NCBI GenBank assembly: GCA_030867685.1
Contig: JAQOWU010000008.1
Coordinates: 62,001 to 126,000 of the forward strand
Direction of reading: 5' to 3'
Length of the DNA stretch: 64,000 nt
Origin: Wickerhamiella versatilis
Lineage: Eukaryota
Shown: piece by piece, positions 9,969-21,613 of the stretch
How the letters are laid out: each line of letters begins with the position of its first letter
How positions within the stretch are numbered: the stretch's first letter is position 1
The notes under the pieces: model-generated
Database searches by the model: none
Seen by the model: only the letters and a program-made list of their open reading frames with translations
What the model was told of the DNA's origin: nothing
Position numbers and translations under genes: made by a program

Positions 9969-11558
9969 ATGGCAGGACTGACATATCAGGAAAATCTCAA
10001 CAGCAAGGAGCCCAATACTGAGCTCTTTGATAAAGAGGGTCCTGAGAGCTATGAACACTCGCTCACTGGCAGTGCTCCTCCTATAGATGAAAAACCAGTG
10101 GAGTTGACCCCGGTCGAGTACAGAAATTTAAAGTACAAGTCTATATTTTTCTTCCTGATAAGTGGTATTGCTTTTGGTGCTCAAGCGATGGATAAGTCTG
10201 TGACATCAGCGGGATCTGTTATGGGTCTCCGAGCGGACTCTCCCCTAGGGCTCTCAATGAAAGGCAGCATGTTCAGTTACGTTAATATATCATATTGGAT
10301 CGGGTACGTAGTAATGAACATTCCTTTCTCAATACTACTACTAGAGAAGGTTGGAGCCCGTTATAACGGGCTTATTCTTGCTGCCAGCGGTATGATAGTT
10401 GCATGTAGTGGTGCCGCACAAAATTATGCAGGGTACATCAGCACTCGGACTTTGCTCGGAATCTTACAGAGTGTTTGCGAGCCTACAGTGGCCATAACTA
10501 TCCACCAGTGGGCTCATGGTGGTGATCACTATGGTTGGGCCCTTACGTGGATAACCTGGAATGGTGTTGGCCAGATTTTCCTTCAAGCCCTCGGCTACGG
10601 ATTATATTTACATGGACACAGCAGCTCAATGGGTGAATATGGGATTTACAGCATTGCACCTTGGCGTATTTTTTTCATAATCGTGGGTCTCATGACGTTC
10701 CTTTATGGCCTTATTTTCTATTTCCTTGTGCCTAATAGCCCCCAGCAGAGCGTATTTTTCACTGAAAAGGAAAAATCTTATATGAGGAATAGGTCTGTGA
10801 ACCGTTTGAACCGACCGTTTCATCGTATTGAAGTCAAACCCCATCAAATAGTGGAGGCATTCACCACCGGTATCCACCACTCTGCGCTGTTGTTCCTCGC
10901 CGTGTTTGCCAATGCCCTCAACGGTTCAGCTGTTAATACATTCAACAATATCTGGTTGAAGCAGTTCATTAGCGAAGCACATCCAAAAATGTCCTCAGTA
11001 GAGTCCAATGAGCAATCACTTCTGTATGGAATGATTGCTCCCGCCATCAAGATAGTGCTGTCAATACTTATAGCAGTATTCAGCTTGAAGGGTCTATTTC
11101 GCAACTACAGATGTGTCTATGTCTTATTCTTCATGGTCATTCATCTTATAGCCACGTGCTTATTGGCCTACGGTCCCAGTCCCTATTCACGGTACGGTGG
11201 TCTGTTCCTCTATAATGCTACTGTCGAAGTTGCTCATGCGGGTATGTTTTCTATTGTTGCTTCCAACATTGGTGGGCTCTCTAAGAAGATCACAGTGAAC
11301 GGTCTACTCCTAATCGCCCAGGGTGTTGGTGGCTGCGTTGGTCCTAAGATTTTCCAGAATGTCTCGAAACAGAGTGCTTCTCGTGCTGGAGCGATGGTAG
11401 GGCTCTCTGCTGCCTCATTAGCCTGTCTTGCTGGCCTATTCCTTAGTTTTTTCATTGAAAACAAATTGCGGGATAGGAAGGATGAAAAGCTTCCTGAAGG
11501 TGTTGATCGTCTTGAGCTCACTGATCGAGAAGACCCAGAATTCCGCTATCATCTGTAG
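9969..11558 (+). CDS. MFS anion:cation symporter (Dal5/Yct1 allantoate-permease family)
   Basis: QAMDK, RTLLG..., PWRIFF..VG, SNIGG.SKK, ENK.RD and LTDREDPEFRY terminus. Confidence 0.85.
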   Translation: MAGLTYQENLNSKEPNTELFDKEGPESYEHSLTGSAPPIDEKPVELTPVEYRNLKYKSIFFFLISGIAFGAQAMDKSVTSAGSVMGLRADSPLGLSMKGSMFSYVNISYWIGYVVMNIPFSILLLEKVGARYNGLILAASGMIVACSGAAQNYAGYISTRTLLGILQSVCEPTVAITIHQWAHGGDHYGWALTWITWNGVGQIFLQALGYGLYLHGHSSSMGEYGIYSIAPWRIFFIIVGLMTFLYGLIFYFLVPNSPQQSVFFTEKEKSYMRNRSVNRLNRPFHRIEVKPHQIVEAFTTGIHHSALLFLAVFANALNGSAVNTFNNIWLKQFISEAHPKMSSVESNEQSLLYGMIAPAIKIVLSILIAVFSLKGLFRNYRCVYVLFFMVIHLIATCLLAYGPSPYSRYGGLFLYNATVEVAHAGMFSIVASNIGGLSKKITVNGLLLIAQGVGGCVGPKIFQNVSKQSASRAGAMVGLSAASLACLAGLFLSFFIENKLRDRKDEKLPEGVDRLELTDREDPEFRYHL

Positions 11559-11661
11559 GGTAATAGTGAATTCATGGAAACATCAGCTGGGTAACATATC
11601 AGGCATCGAACGATGTCGCCGCTCGTTAATATATACCACGTAATGATTTTTTGCAGGATGA

Positions 11662-11691
<30 letters not shown>
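11662..11691 (+). repeat. (AAT)10 microsatellite
   Basis: Ten perfect AAT units. Confidence 0.95.
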
Positions 11692-11692
<1 letters not shown>

Positions 11693-12718
11693 TATGATTT
11701 CAATAAGAAAGAATTTGAATGGACACAACTCTTAAAGTGCACTGTTTGGCTTGTGGCGGACCACCATATCCGCTTCCATGAAGTCCGATATCAGAAACAT
11801 CTACTTCTCCTGTACAGGCTTGTGATCATCTAGCTCATCATTGACACTTAGGCTTTTTTTTTCGGTTCATAGAGAATCTAATGTGACGTTTTTCCAAATC
11901 ATATATATGGTCAGCACCACCGTATTGCCCATCTTTTCCTTCCACTTTAATTAACTGTTGTGCCCTCAGAGGCTAATGGATGCGAGATGCCTCTCTCAAT
12001 GGCCGGTCTACTAAAATAGTTAAATATATCGCTTATTCATGATAGCCCACACTGGACAGAATAGAAAATTACAAATAAGCACTTAAGATTTCTTATAGGT
12101 TGTTTCCTATCTTATTATCTTTGACAACGAACCTACCCTCCGACATCAACTAATACTCTTATCACGTAGATGCATTGTATAGGATGAAGTGATTGTTATG
12201 TAATTTAGGATCGCGGTCAACATCACCGCCCGTTGCTAATGACCAAGGCCTTCGACGGCTAAAACTCACCTCATAAAGAGTTGCAGCATTAAAAATTTTG
12301 TTATTGTGGTTTTAGCGTAGAAAAAAGTTTTATATACGTTTCCAGCTCGTGTACGGAAAGAGATAAATAAGCCACAAAACGAGTTTGGCGCACCGTGCGC
12401 GACGCTTGAAGACGGCATCGAACCTTGCGATCGGCGAGATATTGCGCCATAAGATGCCCTTATCGGATATGGATTATCTCCGCGGAGTACGTCATCCGTT
12501 TTTTGGGAATATCTTGCCGATGTTATCTTTTCTCCGCGCCGAGGATGGTGACAGCTGATCCTTGCTGTACCACGAGAAGCGTAAGGCTGTCACCTGACCA
12601 TTAGCACTGATGGCGTAATCGACTGGCGTGCTTGTCATGGGATCTCGTCCAGGAGAAACGGCATAGTTAAAGCTAAGCTAAAATATCTGTTCAACTTTTT
12701 TTTTCATTGGCAGTAATA

Positions 12719-13963
12719 ATGTCGGTAAATGTAACTGAATCTCCACTTGCAAACCTTCAATTTGCTCGCTTCACGCAAGATAGTTCTGCCTTCCGCAATA
12801 TACCTCAGGCCAAACACCAGGGCCCTTCCCCATGGGCTGATAAGCAAACCGAAGGACCGTCTGTTTTGCGTGGCTACAAGCCACTTAAGAAATCTGGAAT
12901 TCTAGACAAGACTTACAAGTACACAGAGGTCACTCCGGGACTGGGTCGAGAATTCTACGATGATGCAAGACTTAGCGATATATTGAACAATGAGGACCTT
13001 CTACGGGATCTCGCAATAACAATCAGCGAGCGTGGCGTTGTGTTCTTTAAGAACCAATACGACCTTACCATCGAGCAGCAGAAACAGCTAGCTGACCGTT
13101 TGGGCCGAGCTGCTGGCAAGCCGAAGAGTGCAGGACTTCATATCCACCCAACTGCTTTCACAAACGCGGCTGTAGATTCTAAGACTGGCGAAGCAATACC
13201 TGAGGTTTTGGTGCTCGATTCTTACCGTAACCAGATCCTTCTAAGAGATAAGGTGGGAAGAGGGCTTTCTGGTGGTGGATACCACAGTGATATCACCTTC
13301 GAGCCCGTTCCCGCGAGCTACGCAGTTCTACGTCTCAAGGAAACCCCAAGTAAAAAGCCAAATGAGGCAGAGTTGGCAAAAACCCAATCGGGCCCTGTTG
13401 GTGGAAGTGGTGGAGACACTACTTGGGCTTCTGGGTACGGCCTCGCCGAGAAGGTGAGCCCAGAGTTCCTCCGGTATCTTGAATCACTGAATGGTCACTA
13501 CTCTCAACCATCGTTTGCAAAGGTAACGGATGGAGAAAGTGTCCCATTTTGGTCTGGTGAGAGGGGCTCACCAGAAAACGTCGGCAGCGAGTTGACTGCT
13601 ACTCATCCTCTCGTGCGCACAAATCCGGTCACCGGATGGAAATCCATTTTCGCCATTGGACCTCATTTCACAGGTTTGAATGGCGTGGGCGTGCAGGAGA
13701 GCAACTACGTGAAGAACTATCTTCAAGAATTGCTCTATACCAGCCCAGACATTCAGTTGCGGTACAAGTGGAACCAATACGATGTGGCCATATGGGATAA
13801 TCGCGCTACCTACCACAACATTATATCCGACTTATCCTACTACGATGGCCAGCTACAAAACCGTATAGGATTACGCACGCTGTCATTAGGCGAAAGGCCA
13901 TTCTTAGACCCCAAATCGAAGTTACGGAGTGAGGATTTGGCGGAACGTGACAAACGTCGATAG
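12719..13963 (+). CDS. TauD/Jlp1-family 2-oxoglutarate-dependent sulfonate dioxygenase
   Basis: ERGVVFFKNQ, HSD, GGDTTWASGY, HPLVRTNPVTGWKS, WDNRATYH; ATG at 12719. Confidence 0.92.
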   Translation: MSVNVTESPLANLQFARFTQDSSAFRNIPQAKHQGPSPWADKQTEGPSVLRGYKPLKKSGILDKTYKYTEVTPGLGREFYDDARLSDILNNEDLLRDLAITISERGVVFFKNQYDLTIEQQKQLADRLGRAAGKPKSAGLHIHPTAFTNAAVDSKTGEAIPEVLVLDSYRNQILLRDKVGRGLSGGGYHSDITFEPVPASYAVLRLKETPSKKPNEAELAKTQSGPVGGSGGDTTWASGYGLAEKVSPEFLRYLESLNGHYSQPSFAKVTDGESVPFWSGERGSPENVGSELTATHPLVRTNPVTGWKSIFAIGPHFTGLNGVGVQESNYVKNYLQELLYTSPDIQLRYKWNQYDVAIWDNRATYHNIISDLSYYDGQLQNRIGLRTLSLGERPFLDPKSKLRSEDLAERDKRR

Positions 13964-14240
13964 TGGACTATATGTATTCATCCTGAACTATATAACCATT
14001 AGGAATTTTAATTCTTAGGACTTAAATCAACAAAAAGTTGGTGATGATTTCTATAGCATTTGGTATTTAAACTCCTGATTCTATACAAATTTACTCGACT
14101 TCCTTCCATACTCAGCACTAGTATTTGTTCATAAAGTTTTCAATTGCTTGATCTCACTAAGTAAAGCTTTGATAGATACTCTCCATGATAACAGTTCTCT
14201 TTTTGTCTCAGTATCAGTTAGTGAAATATCAATATTGTTA

Positions 14241-14258
14241 TCCAACCGGTCTCAGATA
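14241..14258 (+). repeat. Dispersed element, right part
   Basis: TCCAACCGGTCTCAGATA, 20 bp from the stop of the serine hydrolase gene. Confidence 0.7.
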
Positions 14259-14278
14259 AAGGTAAATTCCTCACGAGA

Positions 14279-15445
14279 TCACACATATACTTTGGCATCT
14301 GACCACCCATACTTAATTGCCACGCGATTGATTATCTCCTCAAATAAATCTAGGTTTGTGTCTTCATCATTTACAAATAATGCAAGACCGTGGCCCTTCG
14401 AAACATGTGCTACTGTCATGGCGGTAAAGCCAAAATTTCGACCACTATGACCAAAATAAACATCAGGCCCCGTATCGTAGGGCAAACCAAAAACCGGAGG
14501 AACATCGCGCGTATACAGTTGAAAGCCCACGCCATACCTTCCAACACCCACTGGGCTAATCATTGACCGAATAAGACCACTATCATCACTAGATAGAGCC
14601 TTCTGAAGGCCTATAAGAAATCGCGCATAATCAGAGGCCGTTTTCCATAGTCCAGCTGCGGCTAGCTCAGGGTAAACCTTGAATGGCACATGGAAAGGCT
14701 TTCCGTCGCGATGGGCATGTGCTGCTCTCTCTAGTTTCTTCTGATCGCTCAATGGCTGCTCAAACTGTGAGCTATTCATTTGAGAAGGTTCAAAAACCCA
14801 CTTTCGCGCGAGATCTTCTAGTTTTGTGCCTGTAGTTACCTCTAATGCTAACTGTTGTACCAGACAGCCACCACCAGAATACAGCCACCGTGAACCGGGC
14901 TCAAAATGCAACACTTCAACTTTTTCGGAGTTCCCTTTCCCGTCTAATACCCCCAGCAAGTCTGGTGCATCCCTAGCGTACTCATATCCTTCAAAGCCCC
15001 ACACCGACGTGCCAGCCGTATGACTGAGAAGCATTCTAGGAGTTACTTTCCAAGAGGAATCATTTGAAATTCTATTTTCCAAATTCCAATACTCTAGTAG
15101 TTCATTTATATCATCATCCAAATTGAAATAACCGTGCTTAGCTGCAATAACACTAGTAAGAGCCGCGACTGGTTTAGAAGTAGAGGCGGCTTGAAACAAC
15201 GTGTCTGAAGTAACCACTTCAGATTCATGGGAATAGCCCCAAGAATGGGTCCACTCGATCTCGAAATTATTGAACACAGCCAGACTAGCACCCTTAACAC
15301 CAAGCAAAGAACCTATTCCAAGGTCAGCCTCATCTGACCAGCTCTTAGAAAAGCTCTCACACGAAAATGCCGGTACAATCCATTTCTTGCCCCATATCAA
15401 CAAGACAAATACCACAATGGGGCAAAGCAACCTCGCCTTCCACAT
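14279..15445 (-). CDS. Beta-lactamase-fold (class C/AmpC-like) serine hydrolase with N-terminal signal or anchor
   Basis: FQAASTSK (SxxK), LLSHTAG, YSGGG, GHSG; hydrophobic N-terminus. Confidence 0.88.
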   Translation of the reverse strand: MWKARLLCPIVVFVLLIWGKKWIVPAFSCESFSKSWSDEADLGIGSLLGVKGASLAVFNNFEIEWTHSWGYSHESEVVTSDTLFQAASTSKPVAALTSVIAAKHGYFNLDDDINELLEYWNLENRISNDSSWKVTPRMLLSHTAGTSVWGFEGYEYARDAPDLLGVLDGKGNSEKVEVLHFEPGSRWLYSGGGCLVQQLALEVTTGTKLEDLARKWVFEPSQMNSSQFEQPLSDQKKLERAAHAHRDGKPFHVPFKVYPELAAAGLWKTASDYARFLIGLQKALSSDDSGLIRSMISPVGVGRYGVGFQLYTRDVPPVFGLPYDTGPDVYFGHSGRNFGFTAMTVAHVSKGHGLALFVNDEDTNLDLFEEIINRVAIKYGWSDAKVYV

Positions 15446-15809
15446 TTCTCCTCAGAGCTTAGATAATGCCAAATTATAGGCTACTATATTGTACTGCTTA
15501 ACATATATTGGTTTAGATAAGTATATCCCTTGCCATTGACAGGTTTTCGGGAATTGCTTGGATGGTCATGGTTCAATTCTATGAGCCACCAGCATATATA
15601 GCTACACCAGTAGACGTCTGGAAGCCTATAGTCATCTCTCAGACAACTTTCAAAAGCGGCGTAAGCTCAAATTTTATCGTGAAAAACTCTTTTTTTCGAT
15701 AGAAGGGTGCGCATAAAGGCATTAGTCTAAAAGCATGGTAATTCAAGGCAGCATTTTCTTTCTCATTAAATCAATTTGACTAATAAATTAACTTACATGC
15801 TTTCTTAAA

Positions 15810-17269
15810 TCAACAGAAAAATCTCCACCTTGGGTCCTTGTCTCCACAATAATCACCCTTCAGCACATAACTCTTATCGTCAGGCTCTTCACAGATTCTT
15901 GCTTTCAGTGTATTATCCCTGACTAAAATATACCTTAGTATAATAGAAGAAATAATTGTGAGCGCTATGAATCCCAGGGAAAATCCATTCCCCAGAGCAT
16001 AACGTGGTGCTTGATCCGGACGGTATACCTGGGTGCCGATGATTGCTCCAATATCGCCAATTGATATCTGGATTGCAGTGGCGACTGCACGTTTAACCTG
16101 CCCCGAAACATTGCTGGCTAACCAGGTGTAGGCAATCGAAGCTGCTGGATAAAGGCCGCCGGTGGCAAAAATAGTGCCGAGGTATTGTATTCCTGGTCTC
16201 AAGTCCGAAATTAGAAGAATGAATCCAATGGCTCCGACCATTGCCGAGAGTGAAATTGCATAGCTACGTGAGAAACTTGTTTTTTCCACGGTCACGGCAA
16301 CCAACAGAGATGCCACGAATGCTACGGCATAAGGTGGCACGCTCAACAATTGCGCACGAGCAGACGAATATCCCATATTTTTGATTATAGTAGGAAGAAA
16401 TAGTGACATAGAATAAAATGGTAATGCAATCCCCATCCATACGAGTGTATACAGCCAAATTCGGAAATCCTTGAACGTCTCTCGAACCTCTGACCATGTA
16501 AATTCGTCATTTCTCAGAGAATCATTACCCACAGATAACCTTTGTAGTAAAATAGCCTGCTCTTGCTCTGAAAGGAACTGACCATAAAAGCCACCAAGAC
16601 GGTAGCACATCCTTCGATAACAAATATCCAGACCCAGCCGCTCTGTCCAGAGACTCCGCCCATATGTCCTATTGCCCAGGCGAGTATACCACCAAAGCCA
16701 CCCGCTAGTGATGTACTCACGAAAAACAGTGTTAGCCTGGACAGCAATTCATTACGTGGATACCACATAGACAAATAGAAAATACAGCCAGGGAATATCC
16801 CTGCCTCCGTAGCACCTAGAGCAAACCGTACACCAAGCAGCCCTCCATAATTCTTCACACGACCCATCAGCGTCATAGCAATGCCCCATGCCAGCATTAG
16901 CGTGGGAAGCCATATTCTTGGACTAGTTTTCTTTAATACGATGTTCGAAGGGATTTCAAAAATACAGTATGCGATAAAAAATATTGTTAAGCAAAGCAAA
17001 TAACCTTCTGAAGAAATTTTTAAGTCTTCAGTGAGATTCTCCAACTTTGCGTTCCCAATGTTAGATCGGTCCAGGAACGAAAGAAAAAAGAAAAGCGTTA
17101 TAGGGGGGATAATACGTATATCAATTTTGCACTTCAAGGTTCTAACCTCTGGGTCCCCATAATTCAGCTTTCTACTTTCATTCGCCGCATCTTCTATGTT
17201 CACGACGGAAAAGGACTTCTCATTGTCATGATTTTCCGTGTAATTTTCTGCCACGTTATATCCGGTCAT
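15810..17269 (-). pseudogene. ACS-family MFS transporter (Tna1-like) broken by an out-of-frame deletion
   Basis: FLDRSNIGNAK...WIFVIEG in one frame and FLSEQE...KDPRWRF in another; the usual LPDxP segment is missing at the junction near 16581. Confidence 0.8.
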
Positions 17270-17420
17270 AGGTTGATTATTTCCTTCGACCCCCTATATC
17301 TGCCACACCCGTAATCCCATGCTTTTTATCAGCAAATTGCTGGATTGCGAGACGAGAAATTTCGCAATCTGACACATAAATCGCGCGATCAGCGTATCGT
17401 ATCTGAGATTACTAAGAGAC

Positions 17421-17440
17421 CAGGGGGCTATCTTGCAGTG
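17421..17440 (+). repeat. Dispersed element, left part
   Basis: CAGGGGGCTATCTTGCAGTG. Confidence 0.65.
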
Positions 17441-18690
17441 GAGGAGCCCAGCGTGGATATTAATGAAAAGCTTTATTGGACAAACAGTATGTCTAGGTAT
17501 ATATTTGCATACCGTGGCGGCTAGTCGCAGCTAAGTTTGTTGCTGATGTGCCGACTTGGGTACGTAATTGATCTCTGGATGCATCTTAAGCAACTGATTT
17601 TCATCTGTTCTCTGGCATAAATTTTGAAGAAGAACCTCCAGAAAAACGACCGATGTTTTGCCGCTTCTCTAAGCTTTAGGCTAAATAAGGCATCAGAAGT
17701 ATGTTTATGTAATATTGTCAACTAATTCAAGGCAGCTACGGCCATATCCAGCAGGTAACTGGGCTTCCCGTCCGATCAGCCATACATAAGCTGCTGAGAG
17801 CCTGATTCAGTATTACGGTGGGAGACCACGTGAGAACGGCAGGTGCTGTAGTTTTTTTTGCATCTTTTTTTACCGTCTATTGTCGCGTTGTTTTTTGCCT
17901 CTTTTTCTTGTATCTGGCTTAATTTTGATGCGAAACATTTAACCTTTTTTGTAAACGCGGTGATCGAACCTCAAACATTGGTAAGATTTGACAAGCACGA
18001 TTACTTTCAACGTACAGAGTCAAATCTCGCAACTAACTAGCAACGCTCTTAAGAGTGCTATCAAGTAGATTTAGTGATGTATAATGCTCTTTTCATGTCG
18101 AGAAGTTTCTGCCTTGTAATGACCACCTAGTCTTGAACAGTGGCTTAGCCTCTTTTCCAACATATGCCCAGCTCCAGCTTTGAGAGATTTCCAGTTGTTA
18201 TCTATCCTGAATGTGTTCGATTAATCTACGTAATACCACATTGTAACTTGGATGGGATCAATTTATTTGTAGTGCCAAATTAGATAGTATATTTTAAAAT
18301 GACAGTTATTCAATCCTGTACCAACGATACATTTTTAATAGCATACAGTTAAGTCATTTAGATTGCTGGCCGAACGTTTAATAAGAAGAGTGGCGTTGAG
18401 GAATGACTTACTTTGTATATATATTGTCCGGACACACGTGTACATATATGACAAATTGGATAAAGTTGGTAGCTATCAATATACACGAAAAGGAGATGTA
18501 CATGACCTAGTCATAGTGAAAGGTATTAGGTTCATTTTACTGATACATTGAGGCCTCGAAGCGACATTAGCCGATATAACCCTAAAGCTTAAGAAATTTG
18601 GATGATTGTTTCAGGGGTATGAGCTAATTTTGCAGTGGTCGCTTAAATAAAGTGGCAAAATTCACCAAATGATTCATCATTCACTCGCTC

Positions 18691-19248
18691 ATGCAATTTA
18701 CCACTCTTTCCCTACTCGTCTCTGCCGTCCTTGCTGCCCCTTCAAACTTCGACAACACTGTTGAGGATTGCTTCGACCAGAGCGACTATGATTCCAACTC
18801 CAATCCTAACATGGCTGGCCTCCACAATGCCATAACAAACTCGAAGCAAGTCGTTGACACTCTAGCAGGACAAATCAAATCTGGAGACGGCCATGCAGTT
18901 GCCAGCTCCCTCAACGCCTTGATTACTGGGACTGACTCCCAGATTGACAATGTTCTGGGAATGCTCACGGACTCCAAGGTATTGACATACGCTTCCCTCG
19001 GTATCAACAAAGACATTGGCAACTTCCTTCTCGGCGACTTCTTCCAGTCGGTGACCAACGGTGTCGAAGTTCTGATCGGTAACATCGGTGGTGGTGCTAT
19101 TGACTTGATCACCGACGGTGGGGTCAAGGATCTCTCAGAAGCCATTGGCAAGCTGAGTGACATGGCATCCAAGGACTACCATGTTAGTGATAACAAGGTT
19201 AATGCGCTGACCAATGCCAACACTCAGCTCATGCAGCTCAAGCACTAG
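18691..19248 (+). CDS. Small secreted helical protein, unknown function
   Basis: Signal peptide MQFTTLSLLVSAVLA-AP; C-ending codon bias suggests high expression. Confidence 0.8.
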   Translation: MQFTTLSLLVSAVLAAPSNFDNTVEDCFDQSDYDSNSNPNMAGLHNAITNSKQVVDTLAGQIKSGDGHAVASSLNALITGTDSQIDNVLGMLTDSKVLTYASLGINKDIGNFLLGDFFQSVTNGVEVLIGNIGGGAIDLITDGGVKDLSEAIGKLSDMASKDYHVSDNKVNALTNANTQLMQLKH

Positions 19249-19327
19249 ACTGCGAAATAGACCTGTACTTTGCATAGACATAAAATATTGCCCAAAATAC
19301 ATTCATTGGTAACCCATCACGACAAAA

Positions 19328-19361
19328 GCTGCCGTGCATCGCCCAGCCAGCCTTAGGTAGT
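19328..19361 (+). repeat. Dispersed 34-bp element copy
   Basis: GCTGCCGTGCATCGCCCAGCCAGCCTTAGGTAGT, 25/34 ungapped, mismatches mostly transitions. Confidence 0.65.
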
Positions 19362-19774
19362 GAAGTAGACATAATGATAACTACTTCCTGCACGAGGATG
19401 CGGCTTATCTTACTGATTAGAACTCACGCCATTTAAATAGCATTTAAACAATCAAATGATACCGCATTGCACTTACCAAACACCAGTAATACTGGCATGT
19501 CTGCTCAGATGGACTAGAAGGTTTTCACGGCAGGGTGATAAAGAAGAAAAAACTTAATATTGAGAGGGTAGCCACTCAACTCATCGGGTTGCTAGTAATT
19601 ATTTCAGACCTAATTGCTTGACCATTTCTCTGTTCGTAAGTGCTATCACATAGATAGACCATGGTAAGTCATCACGCATGTCAAATCACATGTTGTTGCA
19701 CCATCGATAGAGATTAGGCGAATAAGCAGACTAGAGATTAATATTCGCATTTTTACTCACTATAAAGCAATGTT

Positions 19775-20266
19775 ATGGCCGCTGTGTTCTCAGAAATTGA
19801 AATTGGTGGCCGAGTAGTCGATAATCGCGTTGTTCACGCATCGTCTGATAATCGACGAGCCCCTTGGGGGAGACCATCTCAATTAGCCAGAAAGTTTTAC
19901 ATTGAAAGGTCTCAAGGTAAGTCTCTCACCATTTCAGAACCTGTGGGGGTTGGATATAGTGCTGGCACATCGTTATTCGCTCCTCTCATTGCAAGTTCAG
20001 AACAGATAACAGCATGGAAGGCAATCGTTGATTTAATTCACCAATTAGATGGCAGGTTCTATATTAAGTTATTTCATCGTGGGCGAATTACCACTAAAGG
20101 CGTTCTGCTACGCAACCAGGTCTATTACCAGGCAATAAAACCGAAATTCCATATTGGAAAAATCAATGAGGAAGTAAAAGCATTCCGAGATTCCGCAGTG
20201 TGCTCACTCGTATATATATTGAAAGATCTAAAAAACCAAGATATATCCCACATAATACTTAAATAA
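19775..20266 (+). pseudogene. Truncated, degenerate Old Yellow Enzyme (N-terminal half)
   Basis: VFSEIEIGG..DNRVVHA, FY.ERS, ISE, AWK.IVD.IH..DGR.YIKLFHRGR; ends before the catalytic HxxNGY motif. Confidence 0.7.
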
Positions 20267-20326
20267 TCTCTAATAGCAGTGTTTCAAGCAATTCAAATCT
20301 AAAAGATAGATATGAACGGGACCAGT

Positions 20327-21613
20327 TTAAGGATTCGGTAGGCCCAGGGTATCCCTCTGAGATTGCGAATTCGGATCAAAAAAAGTCTTATCTGCGAGAG
20401 AGGTAACACGTGTACCATGACGGGCGATACTTTCATCTTCTATGCCATCTGCAGAAGATTCGTTCGCGTAGTCCCATACGGCAAAGTGTTGGGATATGCG
20501 ATTGTCCCATAATGCGGAAGTACCAAGACCTTCCACGGTGGGCTTCCAATTAAAACGTACTTGAATATCAGGATTGCCCTCATAAACTTCGTAGAGTAGC
20601 TCCAGTATTGTATTTGATTCTTTCGGCTCGAGACCGATAATTCTCACGGTCATTCTTCGGTTCACAAACAGAGACTTCCAGCCAGTAACAGGATGGGTCC
20701 GAACTAGATAGTGCTCACGTTCAATATACTTAGGTCCTGACAATGGATCACTGCGGTCCACGTATGGGTGTGAAGACCGGTAAACAGCTTTCTTACCATC
20801 AAGAAATCTTTGGAAGGGCCTAGACAACTTGTCATACGCAGCATATCCCGATGCCCACACAGTGTCACCACCAACAGAAGGAATGGTGTCATTGTGGAGG
20901 TGTGTGATCCCAGCTGGTTGGCTTTCGTGCACCAGATCGGTATGCCAGTATGCCGTACCTGCCGGATGTTTGAAGCTGAATTTATTCTTTGCTGAAAGAT
21001 TTGCCAGCTTGGGCCAAATAACGGTTGTTCCAGAAAGCCCAGGCACAAAGGGAACCTTCGGATGGACCTCAACTTTTCCGTAATAGTGGCCCAATTCGAG
21101 TTGTTTCTGGGGCGACAAGTCCTGGTCGCGGAAGAATACTACAACTCTTTCAGCGATAAGCCGGGCTAATTCATCTTTCTGCTGGTCAGTAAGTTCGGAG
21201 ATCTGAAGACCCACAATCTCAGTTCCAATGTATTTAGTAAGATGTTTTACTTCCTTAGCCGCCCCAAAAAGAGCTTTCTTCTCAGGGTCTGCATTTTTCC
21301 CGCGCTCGATGTGTGTCCATGGCTCACCGCGAATCGCATATCCTTCATCCAAGTAAAACGGAGGGTTTTCAGGATACTCAGGGTATCCTTTTGAAAGGTC
21401 CACCCCATGCCGCTGGAATCTAGATCTGGCTTGTTTCGGCAGATGTTTCACCGCGTTCACATTATTTGGTGACGGCTTGGGTATAGTGAGTGTATTTGCT
21501 CCATCTTTATAGGAAGGTGAATTAATGTTCAAGGTTAGCTTGCCAATCGAATTGGAATCGATAGATTCCAGTGCAGGTTCTGGTTCTGCCTTAAGAGCTG
21601 CTGGAGGTACCAT
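20327..21613 (-). CDS. JLP1: Jlp1-like TauD-family sulfonate dioxygenase
   Basis: GVDLSKGYP, ADPEKKALFGAA, WHTDLVHE.QPAG.THLHND.IP..GGDT, VRTHPVTGWK, WDNR; ATG at 21613 with TATATAA about 35 bp upstream. Confidence 0.88.
   Translation of the reverse strand: MVPPAALKAEPEPALESIDSNSIGKLTLNINSPSYKDGANTLTIPKPSPNNVNAVKHLPKQARSRFQRHGVDLSKGYPEYPENPPFYLDEGYAIRGEPWTHIERGKNADPEKKALFGAAKEVKHLTKYIGTEIVGLQISELTDQQKDELARLIAERVVVFFRDQDLSPQKQLELGHYYGKVEVHPKVPFVPGLSGTTVIWPKLANLSAKNKFSFKHPAGTAYWHTDLVHESQPAGITHLHNDTIPSVGGDTVWASGYAAYDKLSRPFQRFLDGKKAVYRSSHPYVDRSDPLSGPKYIEREHYLVRTHPVTGWKSLFVNRRMTVRIIGLEPKESNTILELLYEVYEGNPDIQVRFNWKPTVEGLGTSALWDNRISQHFAVWDYANESSADGIEDESIARHGTRVTSLADKTFFDPNSQSQRDTLGLPNP

Noticed and set aside
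11651-11833. ORF with a poly-Ile run
   Set aside because: Artefact of the (AAT)10 microsatellite.
17343-17369. 8-bp inverted repeat GATTGCGA-N11-TCGCAATC (similar hairpins at 55301-55328 and 57043-57091)
   Set aside because: Isolated short inverted repeats are expected in 64 kb and share no sequence with each other.
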